DNA of 64,000 bases, taken from Escherichia phage P1. The notes beneath the pieces are model-generated. The model was not told where the DNA came from, did not search any database, and saw only the letters and a program-made list of their open reading frames with translations. Where the stretch lies: sequence record AF234173.1. One strand, written 5' to 3'. The translations under genes and the position numbers were made by a program. Shown here piece by piece: positions 23,527-33,784 of this stretch. Positions within the stretch are counted from its first letter, which is position 1, and every line of letters begins with the position of its first letter.

Positions 23527-24132
23527 ATGAATACATATTCTGATAAAATACACAACCTTATAGATATAGCCAAATTAGCTGTGGCCATGAGGGAACATAG
23601 GTATTTTTTCGCACTTCGTCGAGGAATAGATGTTAATTTTTGTGCTGATTTAAACGGGAGTGGTACACAAGGGATATTCATAAGAAAAAAAAGTTTTAAC
23701 GCGTATGAGCCAAGTTTTATTGAAGTAATTTTTGAACCCACTCATAAAAACGATGATTCATTTCTATACGAAGAGGACCTTACTACCGATCAACGAAAAG
23801 ACTACGAACCTAGTATTAACAGAGGAAAACATCGATTCGTTGCCCAACGTGCTAAACTAAATCTCGACTGGGACAGTAATGAAATCCAACAATGGCGTTT
23901 GGATATTGAGCGACTTTCTAAACCACACAACACTCTTAATGACTGGTTAGAAAATGATTCTGAGATAATGATAATACATCTCTGCGGCGGTTATAGGTTC
24001 CGTGAACCAGTGATACTCTCTCAAAGAGACATTAAAAAATATGTAGCTTCAGGATTGACTCTGGAAGACTTAAAAAATCGGCTAAAGTGCTCAATATGTG
24101 GTGAGCGAAACGCCAAAATTAAAGTTTTTTGA
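23527..24132 (+). CDS. isaB: IsaB, AT-rich orphan protein next to IS1, function unknown
   Basis: 201-aa ORF from ATG 23527 preceded by GGAAG; strongly AT-rich compared with flanks; C-terminal CSICGERN motif. Confidence 0.55.
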   Translation: MNTYSDKIHNLIDIAKLAVAMREHRYFFALRRGIDVNFCADLNGSGTQGIFIRKKSFNAYEPSFIEVIFEPTHKNDDSFLYEEDLTTDQRKDYEPSINRGKHRFVAQRAKLNLDWDSNEIQQWRLDIERLSKPHNTLNDWLENDSEIMIIHLCGGYRFREPVILSQRDIKKYVASGLTLEDLKNRLKCSICGERNAKIKVF

Positions 24133-24243
24133 TCTACTTTAATAGGAAATGGCTTGCTTCCATAACCTAAAGCAAGCCACTACACATTTACCTTAAGCAC
24201 ACGATAACATGCCAGAACAGGTTATTTTTGCACTATCAGGTAG

Positions 24244-24552
24244 TTAATATACTATCTGGTCTACATGATCACCAAAATCATCGTCGTCGTCCTCATCGCC
24301 ACCATCTACAACAGGCCAATCAACAAACCAGCCAGCGTAAAGATGCAGCGTTCGGAGAACATCACTTGCGGGAGCATCAAGGGTGTCAACGAATCCCATA
24401 TAGCTATTGGGATTTGCTCCAGCTATGGCTTCAGCGATCATGTCCTCGGTAATGTCACCGGAGATAATGCTTAAACGCCCGGAAACTTCTTCATTATCAT
24501 CAAATTCGATAATGGCATCTCCGCCTAATGGCGCTGCGATTTTAATCTGCAT
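24244..24552 (-). CDS. Small acidic protein at the distal end of the darA operon (possibly hxr)
   Basis: 102-aa ORF, ATG start, overlaps the ddrB stop by 11 nt; acidic tail DGGDEDDDDDFGD. Confidence 0.45.
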   Translation of the reverse strand: MQIKIAAPLGGDAIIEFDDNEEVSGRLSIISGDITEDMIAEAIAGANPNSYMGFVDTLDAPASDVLRTLHLYAGWFVDWPVVDGGDEDDDDDFGDHVDQIVY

Positions 24553-27529
24553 TATTTAGCTCCTTTGCCACACCTAATAACAGTTCCAGCAATCCGTCAC
24601 CATTCATCAGTGATGCGGCAGCGGCCTCTTTGTCATGATACAACTGAAGAGCCATAGAGAATACTTCCGTTGCTGACGTTTTGGAAATAGTCGGAGATTT
24701 CTGCCGAATTTTCCCGGTGTTACTTACTGAGGCTGGCGGGTATACCTTCGCCATATAAATATTACTCAATCGAGATCTGAAGCACCATTCAGGCTTGCCA
24801 CGCCCACCGATATTGACGAAAGATGGCTTATCCCCTTCAACATTGGCCTTCAGGAATGACCGGGCTTTCTCTAACAAACCAGGGTTACTGTACTCAAGAT
24901 GATGACCCAGCTCGTGCCACAGTGCACTTGCATTTTCATCGTTCAAATTGACAGCAACAACACCATTAAGATTTGCATATGCCCTTCCCTGGTGGTGAAC
25001 TACCTTTGATAAGGTCGATATTTTCCCGCCGGTCAGGCGATAAATATCAGCAAGTTCCTTGCGCAGGTCTATCCCACCATTCTGTCCAGCGCGGACTTCT
25101 TCCACTTCTTCTGTGATAAAAGAGTCGGCCCACTCAAGAGCTTTTTCTTCAGATACGTATGAGTTTGCGATCGCACTGTTCATGGCAGATAACACTTTCT
25201 CGTGGACCGAACCCATACTTCGCTGATTCATTTGCCAGCGTGTCTGCGGGTTATATGAGAATCGCTTAAGTAGTTGGTCAAGCTGCTCAAGTTCTTCTTC
25301 ACTGACATACTTTTTAGCCTCACCAATAATGCCAGGGAGAATATTGCCGTTAGGATTAAACGCTCGCGAAAGGAAGAGTTTCAGTACCCCCATGCCCTCC
25401 GATGCTTCAATATCACCAATAACCCGGTTAACAATGGCCGCACTCTTCGGATTAGCATCCGCCAACGCTCTGGCTACGATTTGCAGGGACGATACGACCT
25501 CACGCTGCATATCAGTCCTGATCTCATCAATAAACTCTGGCGTTATACCGTGCTCTTTAAGGATATCCCGGCCTTCCGCCGTTACCCCATCGATATCACC
25601 GACATGTTTATTAACACGACTTTGCAATGCCTTAAATGCCTTCAGAATTCCACGGGCATCATCCGCTTTACTAACGGCCTTCCTGAATGCTGTCAAGAAG
25701 TCTGAGTTAACCTCATTTTGTTGATCGGCCCACTGAATGGAGGCATCTTTCATCTCGTCCAGAGTCAGATCACCCAACGCGGTATGGTCTGTGAATATGA
25801 GCGACAACCTCTGAACCATTTCTGCCAATGATGATGCCGAATGCGCCGCGCTAAGGAATGCTTTCACCCTGGTTGGGCGAATGGAAAACCAGTCAATAGC
25901 TGGTGGCATATCTCCGTTTTTTATCGCCTGCGCTATCTCGTCAAAGCCATCGCGCCCAAGGGAGGATGCGTGATTTAACAAGCCGCGAAGTAACGAATTG
26001 CTGATACCGAATAATCGGCACCATTTTTTCACGTCGGCAACAGGCATTCGAACAAAATGCGCAAGCACTTGTACAAGCTGTTCATCATGGGGATCTGTAC
26101 GGGAAAGCAGCCTGATCAGATGAATAATGTCTTTGATGCCGGATGCCCGATGTAATAGCAAACTGGTATATGGAGCAACACCGTTGTAACTACCGCCGGA
26201 AACGGACTCGAAAAGACCGCCGGATATCCCTTGCATGCCTTCGTTTTCCAGTTCCTGAGACACCTGGCGAAGGATATCCTGTAACGACACATCGCCGCCG
26301 CCAAACATATCCCCCAGCGCCTGGCCCTGGTGCTGTAACTCATCATTGATACGTTGAGCCATCAACTTAAAGGCGGTGGCCATACGCTTCGCGCTACGGT
26401 TATTCGCGACGATGAACAACGCGAGTGCTTTCACTTCCGGGGCCGTTTCGCTGAACATATCCCCCTGAGCAATAACATCGGTAATATGCTGGCCTGACTC
26501 CTTCGATTGCCTTACCAGGTCTACCGCATCTTTCAATGCCGCCAGCGCCTTTTTATCGAGGCTATCCGCTGTCTCAATGCCATCAACAATAGTTGTCACA
26601 GCCTGCTTGTGCGCTTCTCCTGATAAAGCCTGCATCTGGACAAAATCATTGGCTGCCGCATTAAGCGCCGTCAGAACATTACGCATATCCGGATCAGGTT
26701 CTTCTGCAACCATCCTTACCAGGCGCGCATCCTTATATGCCTTGGCAAAGATCGCGTTTTGTATACGGTCTACAAGTTGCCGTGTTGGTCGCCCATCTTC
26801 AGTTACAAGGCCAGCCGCCTGTGTGGCACCAACTTGCGTCATAAATCCGCGAATAAACGCGTCATTACTGCGGCTAAGCAGATCTCCGCTTTCTGACGGG
26901 TTAAAAAGCGCCATCATCGCCGGTGTTATGCTGTCGGCATCAACAAAAGCCTTTTCACTGGCTGCCATTTCCTGAAGATCAGAAATATTTGAGTCCTTGG
27001 CAAACTGAACGCGGTCAACCTTAGTTAACCGGCGGCGCACCAGTACCGGAGCCGTCATTGATTCAACCTTTTCAGGAGGTATGCCGAATTCGGTCGCATG
27101 ATCAATCAGGTACTCACGATACCGATCCGCATTGCCGTCCTGATAGGCTTTGATGATCCCCATGGTCCGTCCATTACCTGACTCAACGGCATTGTCCTCA
27201 CCAATTATCGGCGCGCCATGGCTGGATAAACCGGAATCGGTAAGCTGGGCAGGACGCAAATCCTTGGATATCTGGTTGACCTGAAGAAGACTGGATGCGC
27301 GGGTCCGGTCGCGCGGCTGAAGTTCCTGGGGATAGTCAGGGTTAATTTTCCCGTCCAGAGTATTGGATACCAAAAGAGCCGAGGCATCGACGATATCAAA
27401 CGCTGTTTTTACCTCGTCACCCTTCGCTGTCACCACATACGAAACCCGCCCGAAATCGGGCAGGTTCTTTAGCAGCTCGATCAGCGTTTCTATGCTGGTG
27501 GCCATTACCACCTGATCGCTTAAGCTCAT
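24542..27529 (-). CDS. ddrB: DdrB, large head-internal antirestriction component
   Basis: 995-aa ORF immediately downstream of ddrA/darA in the same operon. Confidence 0.7.
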   Translation of the reverse strand: MSLSDQVVMATSIETLIELLKNLPDFGRVSYVVTAKGDEVKTAFDIVDASALLVSNTLDGKINPDYPQELQPRDRTRASSLLQVNQISKDLRPAQLTDSGLSSHGAPIIGEDNAVESGNGRTMGIIKAYQDGNADRYREYLIDHATEFGIPPEKVESMTAPVLVRRRLTKVDRVQFAKDSNISDLQEMAASEKAFVDADSITPAMMALFNPSESGDLLSRSNDAFIRGFMTQVGATQAAGLVTEDGRPTRQLVDRIQNAIFAKAYKDARLVRMVAEEPDPDMRNVLTALNAAANDFVQMQALSGEAHKQAVTTIVDGIETADSLDKKALAALKDAVDLVRQSKESGQHITDVIAQGDMFSETAPEVKALALFIVANNRSAKRMATAFKLMAQRINDELQHQGQALGDMFGGGDVSLQDILRQVSQELENEGMQGISGGLFESVSGGSYNGVAPYTSLLLHRASGIKDIIHLIRLLSRTDPHDEQLVQVLAHFVRMPVADVKKWCRLFGISNSLLRGLLNHASSLGRDGFDEIAQAIKNGDMPPAIDWFSIRPTRVKAFLSAAHSASSLAEMVQRLSLIFTDHTALGDLTLDEMKDASIQWADQQNEVNSDFLTAFRKAVSKADDARGILKAFKALQSRVNKHVGDIDGVTAEGRDILKEHGITPEFIDEIRTDMQREVVSSLQIVARALADANPKSAAIVNRVIGDIEASEGMGVLKLFLSRAFNPNGNILPGIIGEAKKYVSEEELEQLDQLLKRFSYNPQTRWQMNQRSMGSVHEKVLSAMNSAIANSYVSEEKALEWADSFITEEVEEVRAGQNGGIDLRKELADIYRLTGGKISTLSKVVHHQGRAYANLNGVVAVNLNDENASALWHELGHHLEYSNPGLLEKARSFLKANVEGDKPSFVNIGGRGKPEWCFRSRLSNIYMAKVYPPASVSNTGKIRQKSPTISKTSATEVFSMALQLYHDKEAAAASLMNGDGLLELLLGVAKELNNAD

Positions 27530-27541
27530 CCGTGTTACGCC

Positions 27542-27907
27542 TTATGCTGCCTCTTTAATGTTGGCGGCTATCCATGCCGCCGTGTGCTGTTTAACCTGGT
27601 CCAGGTCGATGTATATGCCAACATATTGACTCAAGTCCTGTAACGTACCGATAAATGCATCTGTGCTCTGATCGACGAATTTATCAGCCAGGAAATCAGC
27701 AACCAGTTTTGGCACACCATCATGTTCCGAAGGTTGTTTCTCCTCGCCACTACCGTCGCCAGACGCGCCGTACCCCATCTGTTGCATGATCTGGTCAATT
27801 TCATCGCTGATATCCAGCAACTCCATGCCACTCGCGGTAGCTGCTTTGGACATCAGAGCATCCAACTTATCGCTGAGGTCCATTAACTCAATAGCTGATA
27901 GTGTCAT
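27542..27907 (-). CDS. ddrA: DdrA, small acidic protein downstream of darA
   Basis: 121-aa ORF; start overlaps the darA stop (4-nt overlap). Confidence 0.55.
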   Translation of the reverse strand: MTLSAIELMDLSDKLDALMSKAATASGMELLDISDEIDQIMQQMGYGASGDGSGEEKQPSEHDGVPKLVADFLADKFVDQSTDAFIGTLQDLSQYVGIYIDLDQVKQHTAAWIAANIKEAA

Positions 27908-29823
27908 GCTGCTACCCCCGCTTTCTGGATTGCTACCAGCAGATCAGCCAGGTGGCGAGCTGCGCCATTAACCAGCTCTTCGTTTTCCTCAAAACGCCCG
28001 GCAGTCTGAAGGGCTGCAATCGCTTCCCGGACATTACCCCGGGCGTTACGGATCTCCGCCATGTCAGTGCTTTGCATATCCATCACGTTATTGAGATATT
28101 CAATGGCTTTATTAGCCTCTGCATCTGCTTCGCTAACCGTTTCATCAGGCTGTGCCGGGGCCGGTTCTGGCTGAGTAATCTCACCGACTTCGGCCTGCAA
28201 TGCATTGATCATGCTCTGCACCATTTTCTCGGTGCCAGCGCCACCCGGAAACGCAATATTGGGGAAAGTTTTTTGAAACTGAGTTTTCAGCATTACGCGG
28301 AACTCGTCTGGTGAGTTGGTGGCCAGCTCCAGAGCTTTTTGTGCATATTTGCCAAACGGACCATTAGTAAGTGTCTTCGCCAGGAAGTCGAAAGAATCCT
28401 CGCGAGGCAATAACTTCAGATCGTACTCACTCATTTGCTGATCAGAAAGCGGGGTATCGTAAGTAGCAATGCCGTAGCGTGCATATTCATAATACGGGTC
28501 ACCTTCATCAGGGCGCGGAAGAATTGCTTTGTTACCTTCAGGTATCGCGCCAGGGGCCGCCGGACGCATTTGCAGGGCATATCGATATGCACCTACAGAG
28601 ACTTCTGGTTCAGGCGAAGAGCTACCGGTATCCTCCGCTGATTCAGGTTCGACGTTTTCCGGTTTATGTTCTTCTGGTTGGACCAGATATTCCGATACAT
28701 TACCCGCTTTATAGGCTTTAAACAGCTTGCCGATCGCATCTGCCATGTCCACACCCTGTATGGATTTAGCCTTGATCATGTACACGCTGCCATCCGGATC
28801 GGTTAACTGGATATACCCTTCGCCATCCCCAATGAATTGCTTCATTGATGCACCATTACTGAGCGTCGCTTCCCCGTCCATATGCATACGATTTTTGATA
28901 CTGGCAAGGCGATCCGTCAGCGCGCGAGAGTGCCCACCAGTCATCCCCGCAGGGGCAATGGTATCGCGCCCACCAGTGCGATTGAGCCGATCAATCTCCC
29001 CCTGCAAACGCTCATTCTCTTCATAAAGGGAATCCGCTTCCGATGCAACAGCGTTAATTTTCTGCTCCAGATCTGCCTTCTGCCCTTCTACCGCTGCCAC
29101 CTGATCCGCGAGGTCGCTCATGGCATCCTCTTTCTGGTCACTGTCAGCCTGTAGTTGGGTTATTTCATCAACAAGGGCTTTTTTCTTCTTCTGCGCACGC
29201 TGGAATTTTGCCGAGTTTTTCTCTGCAAGGTTGGCAAGTTTCATGGTGACCTGCGCCAGCGTCATATCACGTCCACTCATCGGAGCAACTGTGTGAGTAA
29301 CGTCTTTTTTATTCAGTAAGAACTGGAAAGCAACCAGCGTATCGCTATTGGTGATCCGGTTTTCCGCTGTCGGGCTATGAAACAGAATGCTGATAGTCTG
29401 ACCATCACTGAGCGGAATAATGGCTGGCAAGACCGGCAGCCCGTTAACGTTACGTGCCCGGCCAATTTCAGCGCCGCCGATCGCGCGCGCGCCGCTCTGG
29501 GCCACATCCCCCGTTTTATCACTCCCCGCAGAGATTCCGGTACCATTCAGCTTCTGGTTCAATGCCCGGACAAATGCCTGCATGGTCCGGTGTAACTGCA
29601 AACGAGTAGAACTAATCGCCTCCAGTAAATCCGTAGCACACCAGTGGATCGGCGTGTCATAGAAGAACGTAGCCTCGATTTCCTCCAGGGTGTTGGATTC
29701 CGTCATCAGATAGCGGTCCTCACCGGCCATTAATGCGCGATATTCATCATCAGTCACTGGCGGGGGAAGCACGTCAAGCCCAGGCTTGATCGTCATCCCT
29801 TTATTGATATTGAACTGTTCCAT
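27904..29823 (-). CDS. darA: DarA antirestriction head-internal protein
   Basis: 639-aa ORF; central segment (PLSDGQTISILFH...EKNSAKFQRAQKKKK) paralogous to Hdf. Confidence 0.85.
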   Translation of the reverse strand: MEQFNINKGMTIKPGLDVLPPPVTDDEYRALMAGEDRYLMTESNTLEEIEATFFYDTPIHWCATDLLEAISSTRLQLHRTMQAFVRALNQKLNGTGISAGSDKTGDVAQSGARAIGGAEIGRARNVNGLPVLPAIIPLSDGQTISILFHSPTAENRITNSDTLVAFQFLLNKKDVTHTVAPMSGRDMTLAQVTMKLANLAEKNSAKFQRAQKKKKALVDEITQLQADSDQKEDAMSDLADQVAAVEGQKADLEQKINAVASEADSLYEENERLQGEIDRLNRTGGRDTIAPAGMTGGHSRALTDRLASIKNRMHMDGEATLSNGASMKQFIGDGEGYIQLTDPDGSVYMIKAKSIQGVDMADAIGKLFKAYKAGNVSEYLVQPEEHKPENVEPESAEDTGSSSPEPEVSVGAYRYALQMRPAAPGAIPEGNKAILPRPDEGDPYYEYARYGIATYDTPLSDQQMSEYDLKLLPREDSFDFLAKTLTNGPFGKYAQKALELATNSPDEFRVMLKTQFQKTFPNIAFPGGAGTEKMVQSMINALQAEVGEITQPEPAPAQPDETVSEADAEANKAIEYLNNVMDMQSTDMAEIRNARGNVREAIAALQTAGRFEENEELVNGAARHLADLLVAIQKAGVAA

Positions 29824-29824
29824 G

Positions 29825-30436
29825 TTAATTTCCTGCTTTCAGTTGCTTAAGACGACGTTTGAGTTCGCCATTCCGTGCCTTTTCGTTATTGAGTCGGCCC
29901 GTCTCCTTATCCAGCTTCGCCCGCAAATCAGTGATCTGCTGTTGATTGAAAGACACCGAATTCTGCGCGGACTTATAAGCGGCAACCACCTGAGCATTCC
30001 GCTGTTTTGCTTCTTGCAGGCGCTGAAAGTTGGATTTAACTGCCGGTTTCTTGTCTACCGGATTGGCAACACGTTTCGCTTTGGCGATCAGTGATTTCTG
30101 GAATTTTGCGGAGTTTTTGCGGGCCGCTTGCCCCATGACGGTACCAAGCGTCTTGATATCCGGCGACTGAGCGTTAGGAATAGCTTTTCCATTCAGCTTC
30201 ACAGACGATATATCGCCAGTATCGTTTACCTGTATGGCAAGAATTTGTCCGTCGCTAAGAACCAGCTTTGCGGTTTTAACTTTAACGCCATCTTTCGTTG
30301 TTGCGCGGTTGCTGGAGTCAACCTCAATTACCGTAACACCGGTTTTATTGATCGCCGTGATAAGGGATTTCAGCCCCTTTTCATTAACCTGGTCAAAATC
30401 GACCGTTGCATACTTATTTTTCGTCATCTGACACAT
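29825..30436 (-). CDS. hdf: Hdf, homolog of a DarA fragment
   Basis: 203-aa ORF; (VLSDGQILAIQV...RKNSAKFQKSLIAKAKR) aligns with the DarA central region. Confidence 0.7.
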   Translation of the reverse strand: MCQMTKNKYATVDFDQVNEKGLKSLITAINKTGVTVIEVDSSNRATTKDGVKVKTAKLVLSDGQILAIQVNDTGDISSVKLNGKAIPNAQSPDIKTLGTVMGQAARKNSAKFQKSLIAKAKRVANPVDKKPAVKSNFQRLQEAKQRNAQVVAAYKSAQNSVSFNQQQITDLRAKLDKETGRLNNEKARNGELKRRLKQLKAGN

Positions 30437-30857
30437 CCTGTGCGAGATTTATTACGTAACTGCTGCGGATTTGCTGAGTAACAGGGAAAATCCGATACAA
30501 CGGGTTAATGAACGAGTCGCCATGCGTAACCATGACGTTGAAATGCCACAGTCGCTCTCCTTTACCCATATATTCAGTGGGTATGTACAACCATTCACTG
30601 TTTTCGCCCTGTTCAGCCGACGCCAGACAACGTTGTTCGCCTTCAATCACTGTCGTCGGCTTCTGAACATCGCGGATCCAATATCTGACCGTTGCGCCGC
30701 GCAAAAACGGGAATTTAGACCGGTACTTGAACGGCACCCGGATGAAACCCGGTTTAATTTCCACATCACCAAGTTCTAAATGCGTGATGTCCTTGCGTTT
30801 TAGCAAATAGCGATCGGCTAAGGCTAACGCAAGAACGCATACACCCCAGCCAATCAT
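30414..30857 (-). CDS. lydB: LydB-like antiholin
   Basis: 147-aa ORF with N-terminal hydrophobic segment; 4-nt overlap with lydA. Confidence 0.55.
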   Translation of the reverse strand: MIGWGVCVLALALADRYLLKRKDITHLELGDVEIKPGFIRVPFKYRSKFPFLRGATVRYWIRDVQKPTTVIEGEQRCLASAEQGENSEWLYIPTEYMGKGERLWHFNVMVTHGDSFINPLYRIFPVTQQIRSSYVINLAQDVSDDEK

Positions 30858-31183
30858 TTCCCGCCTCCCTTTTTCACCAAACTTGTAAGAACATTCAGAA
30901 TGCTATCGATATTCACTCGTTTCATCCCTGAAATCACCTCATGACCGTTATTGCTGGCTATCGTTACCATTAAGTACGTAATTGATAACTCCCAGCCCTC
31001 GTGTTGCCCCAATAGGTACGCCACCGCGCCAGCTGTCACTGCAACAAAGATCTCCGTAACCAATCCCAACAAATTGCCAGACTGGCGACCGTCTCGGACA
31101 TCCATCAGGAACGTGCCTATCCCACCAATTACTGAAAGCAGGAGCGCAATAGCAACTGGAGCTAATTCCTGTGTGTCAAGCAC
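30854..31183 (-). CDS. lydA: LydA-like holin
   Basis: 109-aa ORF with hydrophobic transmembrane-like segments and a charged C-terminus. Confidence 0.6.
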   Translation of the reverse strand: MLDTQELAPVAIALLLSVIGGIGTFLMDVRDGRQSGNLLGLVTEIFVAVTAGAVAYLLGQHEGWELSITYLMVTIASNNGHEVISGMKRVNIDSILNVLTSLVKKGGGK

Positions 31184-31250
31184 AAGTTCCCTCCTACGTT
31201 GTCAGGAGGTAATGGTATGCAAAGTAACTTCTCAACCGGTCATTTGTTGC

Positions 31251-31532
31251 TTAAGAGGCATTTCTATTGAGGTACGAATCAATAATCCTTTGTAACTTTT
31301 CAAGAATGAGCCTGTTATTGATGCTGCAAATAATAGTCACGCAATTCTGAAGACTTTCATCCATACCCTTATATTCCGCGAAATACATGCCTATAAAGCC
31401 TGCAAGTACGGCAGCAATACACTCGGCCATCAATTGCCTGCATGACGCTTCGTAACGTTTTTCACAAACCCCATTCAGAAACGAATGCACCCCGCCAAGG
31501 ATGGAGAGGAGCATTATTGTGAAATCACACAT
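31251..31532 (-). CDS. Second holin-like small membrane protein (possibly lydC)
   Basis: 93-aa ORF with two hydrophobic segments, first gene of the operon. Confidence 0.45.
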   Translation of the reverse strand: MCDFTIMLLSILGGVHSFLNGVCEKRYEASCRQLMAECIAAVLAGFIGMYFAEYKGMDESLQNCVTIICSINNRLILEKLQRIIDSYLNRNAS

Positions 31533-31659
31533 AACTATTTCCTTAATAGTGAATTAAATATCATTGGGAAACGGTATGTACTTTGTGATTTCCACACATA
31601 CTGGTTTTTGTTAATTAAAATCCGCAGCTTGCTATAAATAACGATAGTGAGCAGAAAAT

Positions 31660-32220
31660 ATGCTAATAGGCTATGTACGCGTATCAACAAATGAACAAAA
31701 CACTGCTTTACAACGAAACGCTCTTGAAAGCGCAGGATGTGAGCTAATTTTTGAGGACAAGGCGAGCGGCAAAAAGGCTGAGCGCCCTGGGTTAAAAAAG
31801 GTACTCCGTATGCTTTCCAGAGGTGATACCCTGGTCGTATGGAAGTTAGACCGTCTTGGGCGCAGCATGCGTCACTTAGTTGTGCTGGTGGAAGAGCTGC
31901 GTGACAGAGGCATTAACTTCCGGAGTCTCACTGACTCCATCGACACCAGTACACCAATGGGGCGCTTTTTCTTTCACGTAATGGGGGCGCTGGCAGAAAT
32001 GGAACGTGAGCTTATCGTTGAACGTACACGCGCTGGACTTGATGCAGCTCGCGCAGAAGGTCGTATAGGTGGGCGTCGGCCTAAATACCAAGAAGAAACA
32101 TGGCAGCAAATGCGGCGATTGCTGGAGAAGGGCATCCCCCGTAAGCAGGTTGCAATCATCTATGATGTGGCTGTTTCCACGCTTTATAAGAAGTTTCCGG
32201 CGTCATCATTTCAATCCTAA
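31660..32220 (+). CDS. cin: Cin serine DNA invertase (Hin/Gin/Cin family)
   Basis: 186-aa ORF, MLIGYVRVSTNEQ... with catalytic Ser; stop codon lies inside cixL. Confidence 0.97.
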   Translation: MLIGYVRVSTNEQNTALQRNALESAGCELIFEDKASGKKAERPGLKKVLRMLSRGDTLVVWKLDRLGRSMRHLVVLVEELRDRGINFRSLTDSIDTSTPMGRFFFHVMGALAEMERELIVERTRAGLDAARAEGRIGGRRPKYQEETWQQMRRLLEKGIPRKQVAIIYDVAVSTLYKKFPASSFQS

Positions 32221-32237
32221 ACCTTGGTTTAAGAGAA
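32212..32237. other. cixL: cixL crossover site (CAATCCTAAACC-TT-GGTTTAAGAGAA)
   Basis: 26-bp imperfect palindrome at the cin-proximal edge of the inverted repeat; inverted partner at 36468-36493. Confidence 0.8.
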
Positions 32238-32826
32238 CTCGGTACCAGCGGTGAAAAGATCCCCCTGTTGAGCACGGCTAACACATGGAGTGCACGCCAG
32301 ACTTTCAACGGCGGGATCACCGGGGCGCTGACAGGGAACGCCGATACCGCAACGAAATTGAAAACAGCCAGAAACATTAATGGCGTCAGGTTCGATGGTT
32401 CTGGTGACATTAATATCAATACTCTGGTATCGCGCGGTCGCGTAACGGCCCTGGAGGCGAATGCACAGGGAACATCCGGGATTCAGCTGTATGAGGCATA
32501 CAACAATGGCTACCCTTCCCCCTATGGCAATGTGCTTCACCTTAAAGGTGCCACCGCTGCTGGCGAAGGTGAGTTATTCATTGGCTGGAGTGGCACGAGC
32601 GGTGCCCATGCGCCCGTACATATCCGTTCGCGGCGGGATACTGATTCTGCCAACTGGTCTGAATGGGCGCAGGTCTATACGTCAAAAGATTCAATTCCCG
32701 GCGTCAATGCCAAAGGGGATCAGGATACCTCTGGTAATGCGGCTACAGCGACCAAGTTGCAGACAGCATGTACTATCAACGGTGTCTCGTTTGATGGTTC
32801 TAAAAATATTGAGCTAACGGCTGAAA
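32226..32826. repeat. Left 0.6-kb inverted repeat of the C segment
   Basis: ORF-track proteins 32461-32817(+) and 35888-36244(-) are near-identical, as are 32229-32540(-) and 36165-36476(+). Confidence 0.8.
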
Positions 32827-33782
32827 ATTTAAATCTTGAGCGAACAGTAGAATTAGCCGCTGGGTCATTGCAGAAAAATCAGAACGGCGCGGATATTCCT
32901 GGAAAAGATACCTTCACAAAAAATATTGGTGCATGTCGCGCTTTTCACAGTTCTATTAGTACAGGTGCAGGGAACTGGACAACGGCACAATTGATTGAAT
33001 GGCTGGATTCTCAAGGGGCATTCAATCACCCATACTGGATGTGCAAATGTTCATGGTCGTACGGCAATAATAAAATTATAACCGATACTGGCTGTGGAAC
33101 TATTCATCTTGCAGGTTGCGTTATTGAGGTTATGGGTAATAAAGGTGCCATGACCATCCGTGTAACAACACCAAGCACTTCCAGCGGTGGCGGAATCACT
33201 AACGCTCAATTCACTTATATTAATCATGGTGATGCTTACGCTCCTGGCTGGCGACGAGACTACAACACGAAAAACCTGCAACCTGCATTTGCTTTAGGGC
33301 AGACAGGAAACAGGGTTGCAAATGATAAAGCTGTTGGCTGGAACTGGAATAGCGGTGTTTATGATGCAGACCTAAAAGGCGCATCAACATTAATTCTTCA
33401 TTTCAATATGAACGCGGGTAGCTGCCCGGCTGTACAATTACGCGTGAATTATAAGAACGGCGGTATTTATTATCGTTCAGCGCGTGATGGTTATGGATTT
33501 GAGGCTGACTGGTCAGAGTTTTACACCACAACCCGCAAACCCTCTGCGGGGGATGTTGGTGCATATACGCAGGCAGAATGTAACTCAAGGTTTATTACAG
33601 GTATTCGCCTGGGCGGTCTGTCATCTGTCCAGACATGGAATGGCCCCGGCTGGTCTGACAGGTCAGGTTATGTCGTTACGGGTTCAGTTAACGGGAACCG
33701 TGATGAATTAATTGATACAACACAGGCAAGGCCAATTCAGTATTGCATTAATGGGACGTGGTATAACGCGGGGAGTATTTAA
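32226..33782 (+). CDS. Sv': Sv', silent alternative variable C-terminal tail-fibre segment (no own start; fused to Sc after inversion)
   Basis: Frame continuous from cixL; first about 200 codons identical to the Sv part of S, then divergent. Confidence 0.7.
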   Translation, partial: GLRELGTSGEKIPLLSTANTWSARQTFNGGITGALTGNADTATKLKTARNINGVRFDGSGDININTLVSRGRVTALEANAQGTSGIQLYEAYNNGYPSPYGNVLHLKGATAAGEGELFIGWSGTSGAHAPVHIRSRRDTDSANWSEWAQVYTSKDSIPGVNAKGDQDTSGNAATATKLQTACTINGVSFDGSKNIELTAENLNLERTVELAAGSLQKNQNGADIPGKDTFTKNIGACRAFHSSISTGAGNWTTAQLIEWLDSQGAFNHPYWMCKCSWSYGNNKIITDTGCGTIHLAGCVIEVMGNKGAMTIRVTTPSTSSGGGITNAQFTYINHGDAYAPGWRRDYNTKNLQPAFALGQTGNRVANDKAVGWNWNSGVYDADLKGASTLILHFNMNAGSCPAVQLRVNYKNGGIYYRSARDGYGFEADWSEFYTTTRKPSAGDVGAYTQAECNSRFITGIRLGGLSSVQTWNGPGWSDRSGYVVTGSVNGNRDELIDTTQARPIQYCINGTWYNAGSI

Positions 33783-33784
33783 TT

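Noticed and set aside
24151-24178. Hairpin GGCTTGCTT / AAGCAAGCC downstream of isaB as a terminator
   Set aside because: Long 11-nt loop and no U-tract on either strand; too weak to annotate as a terminator.
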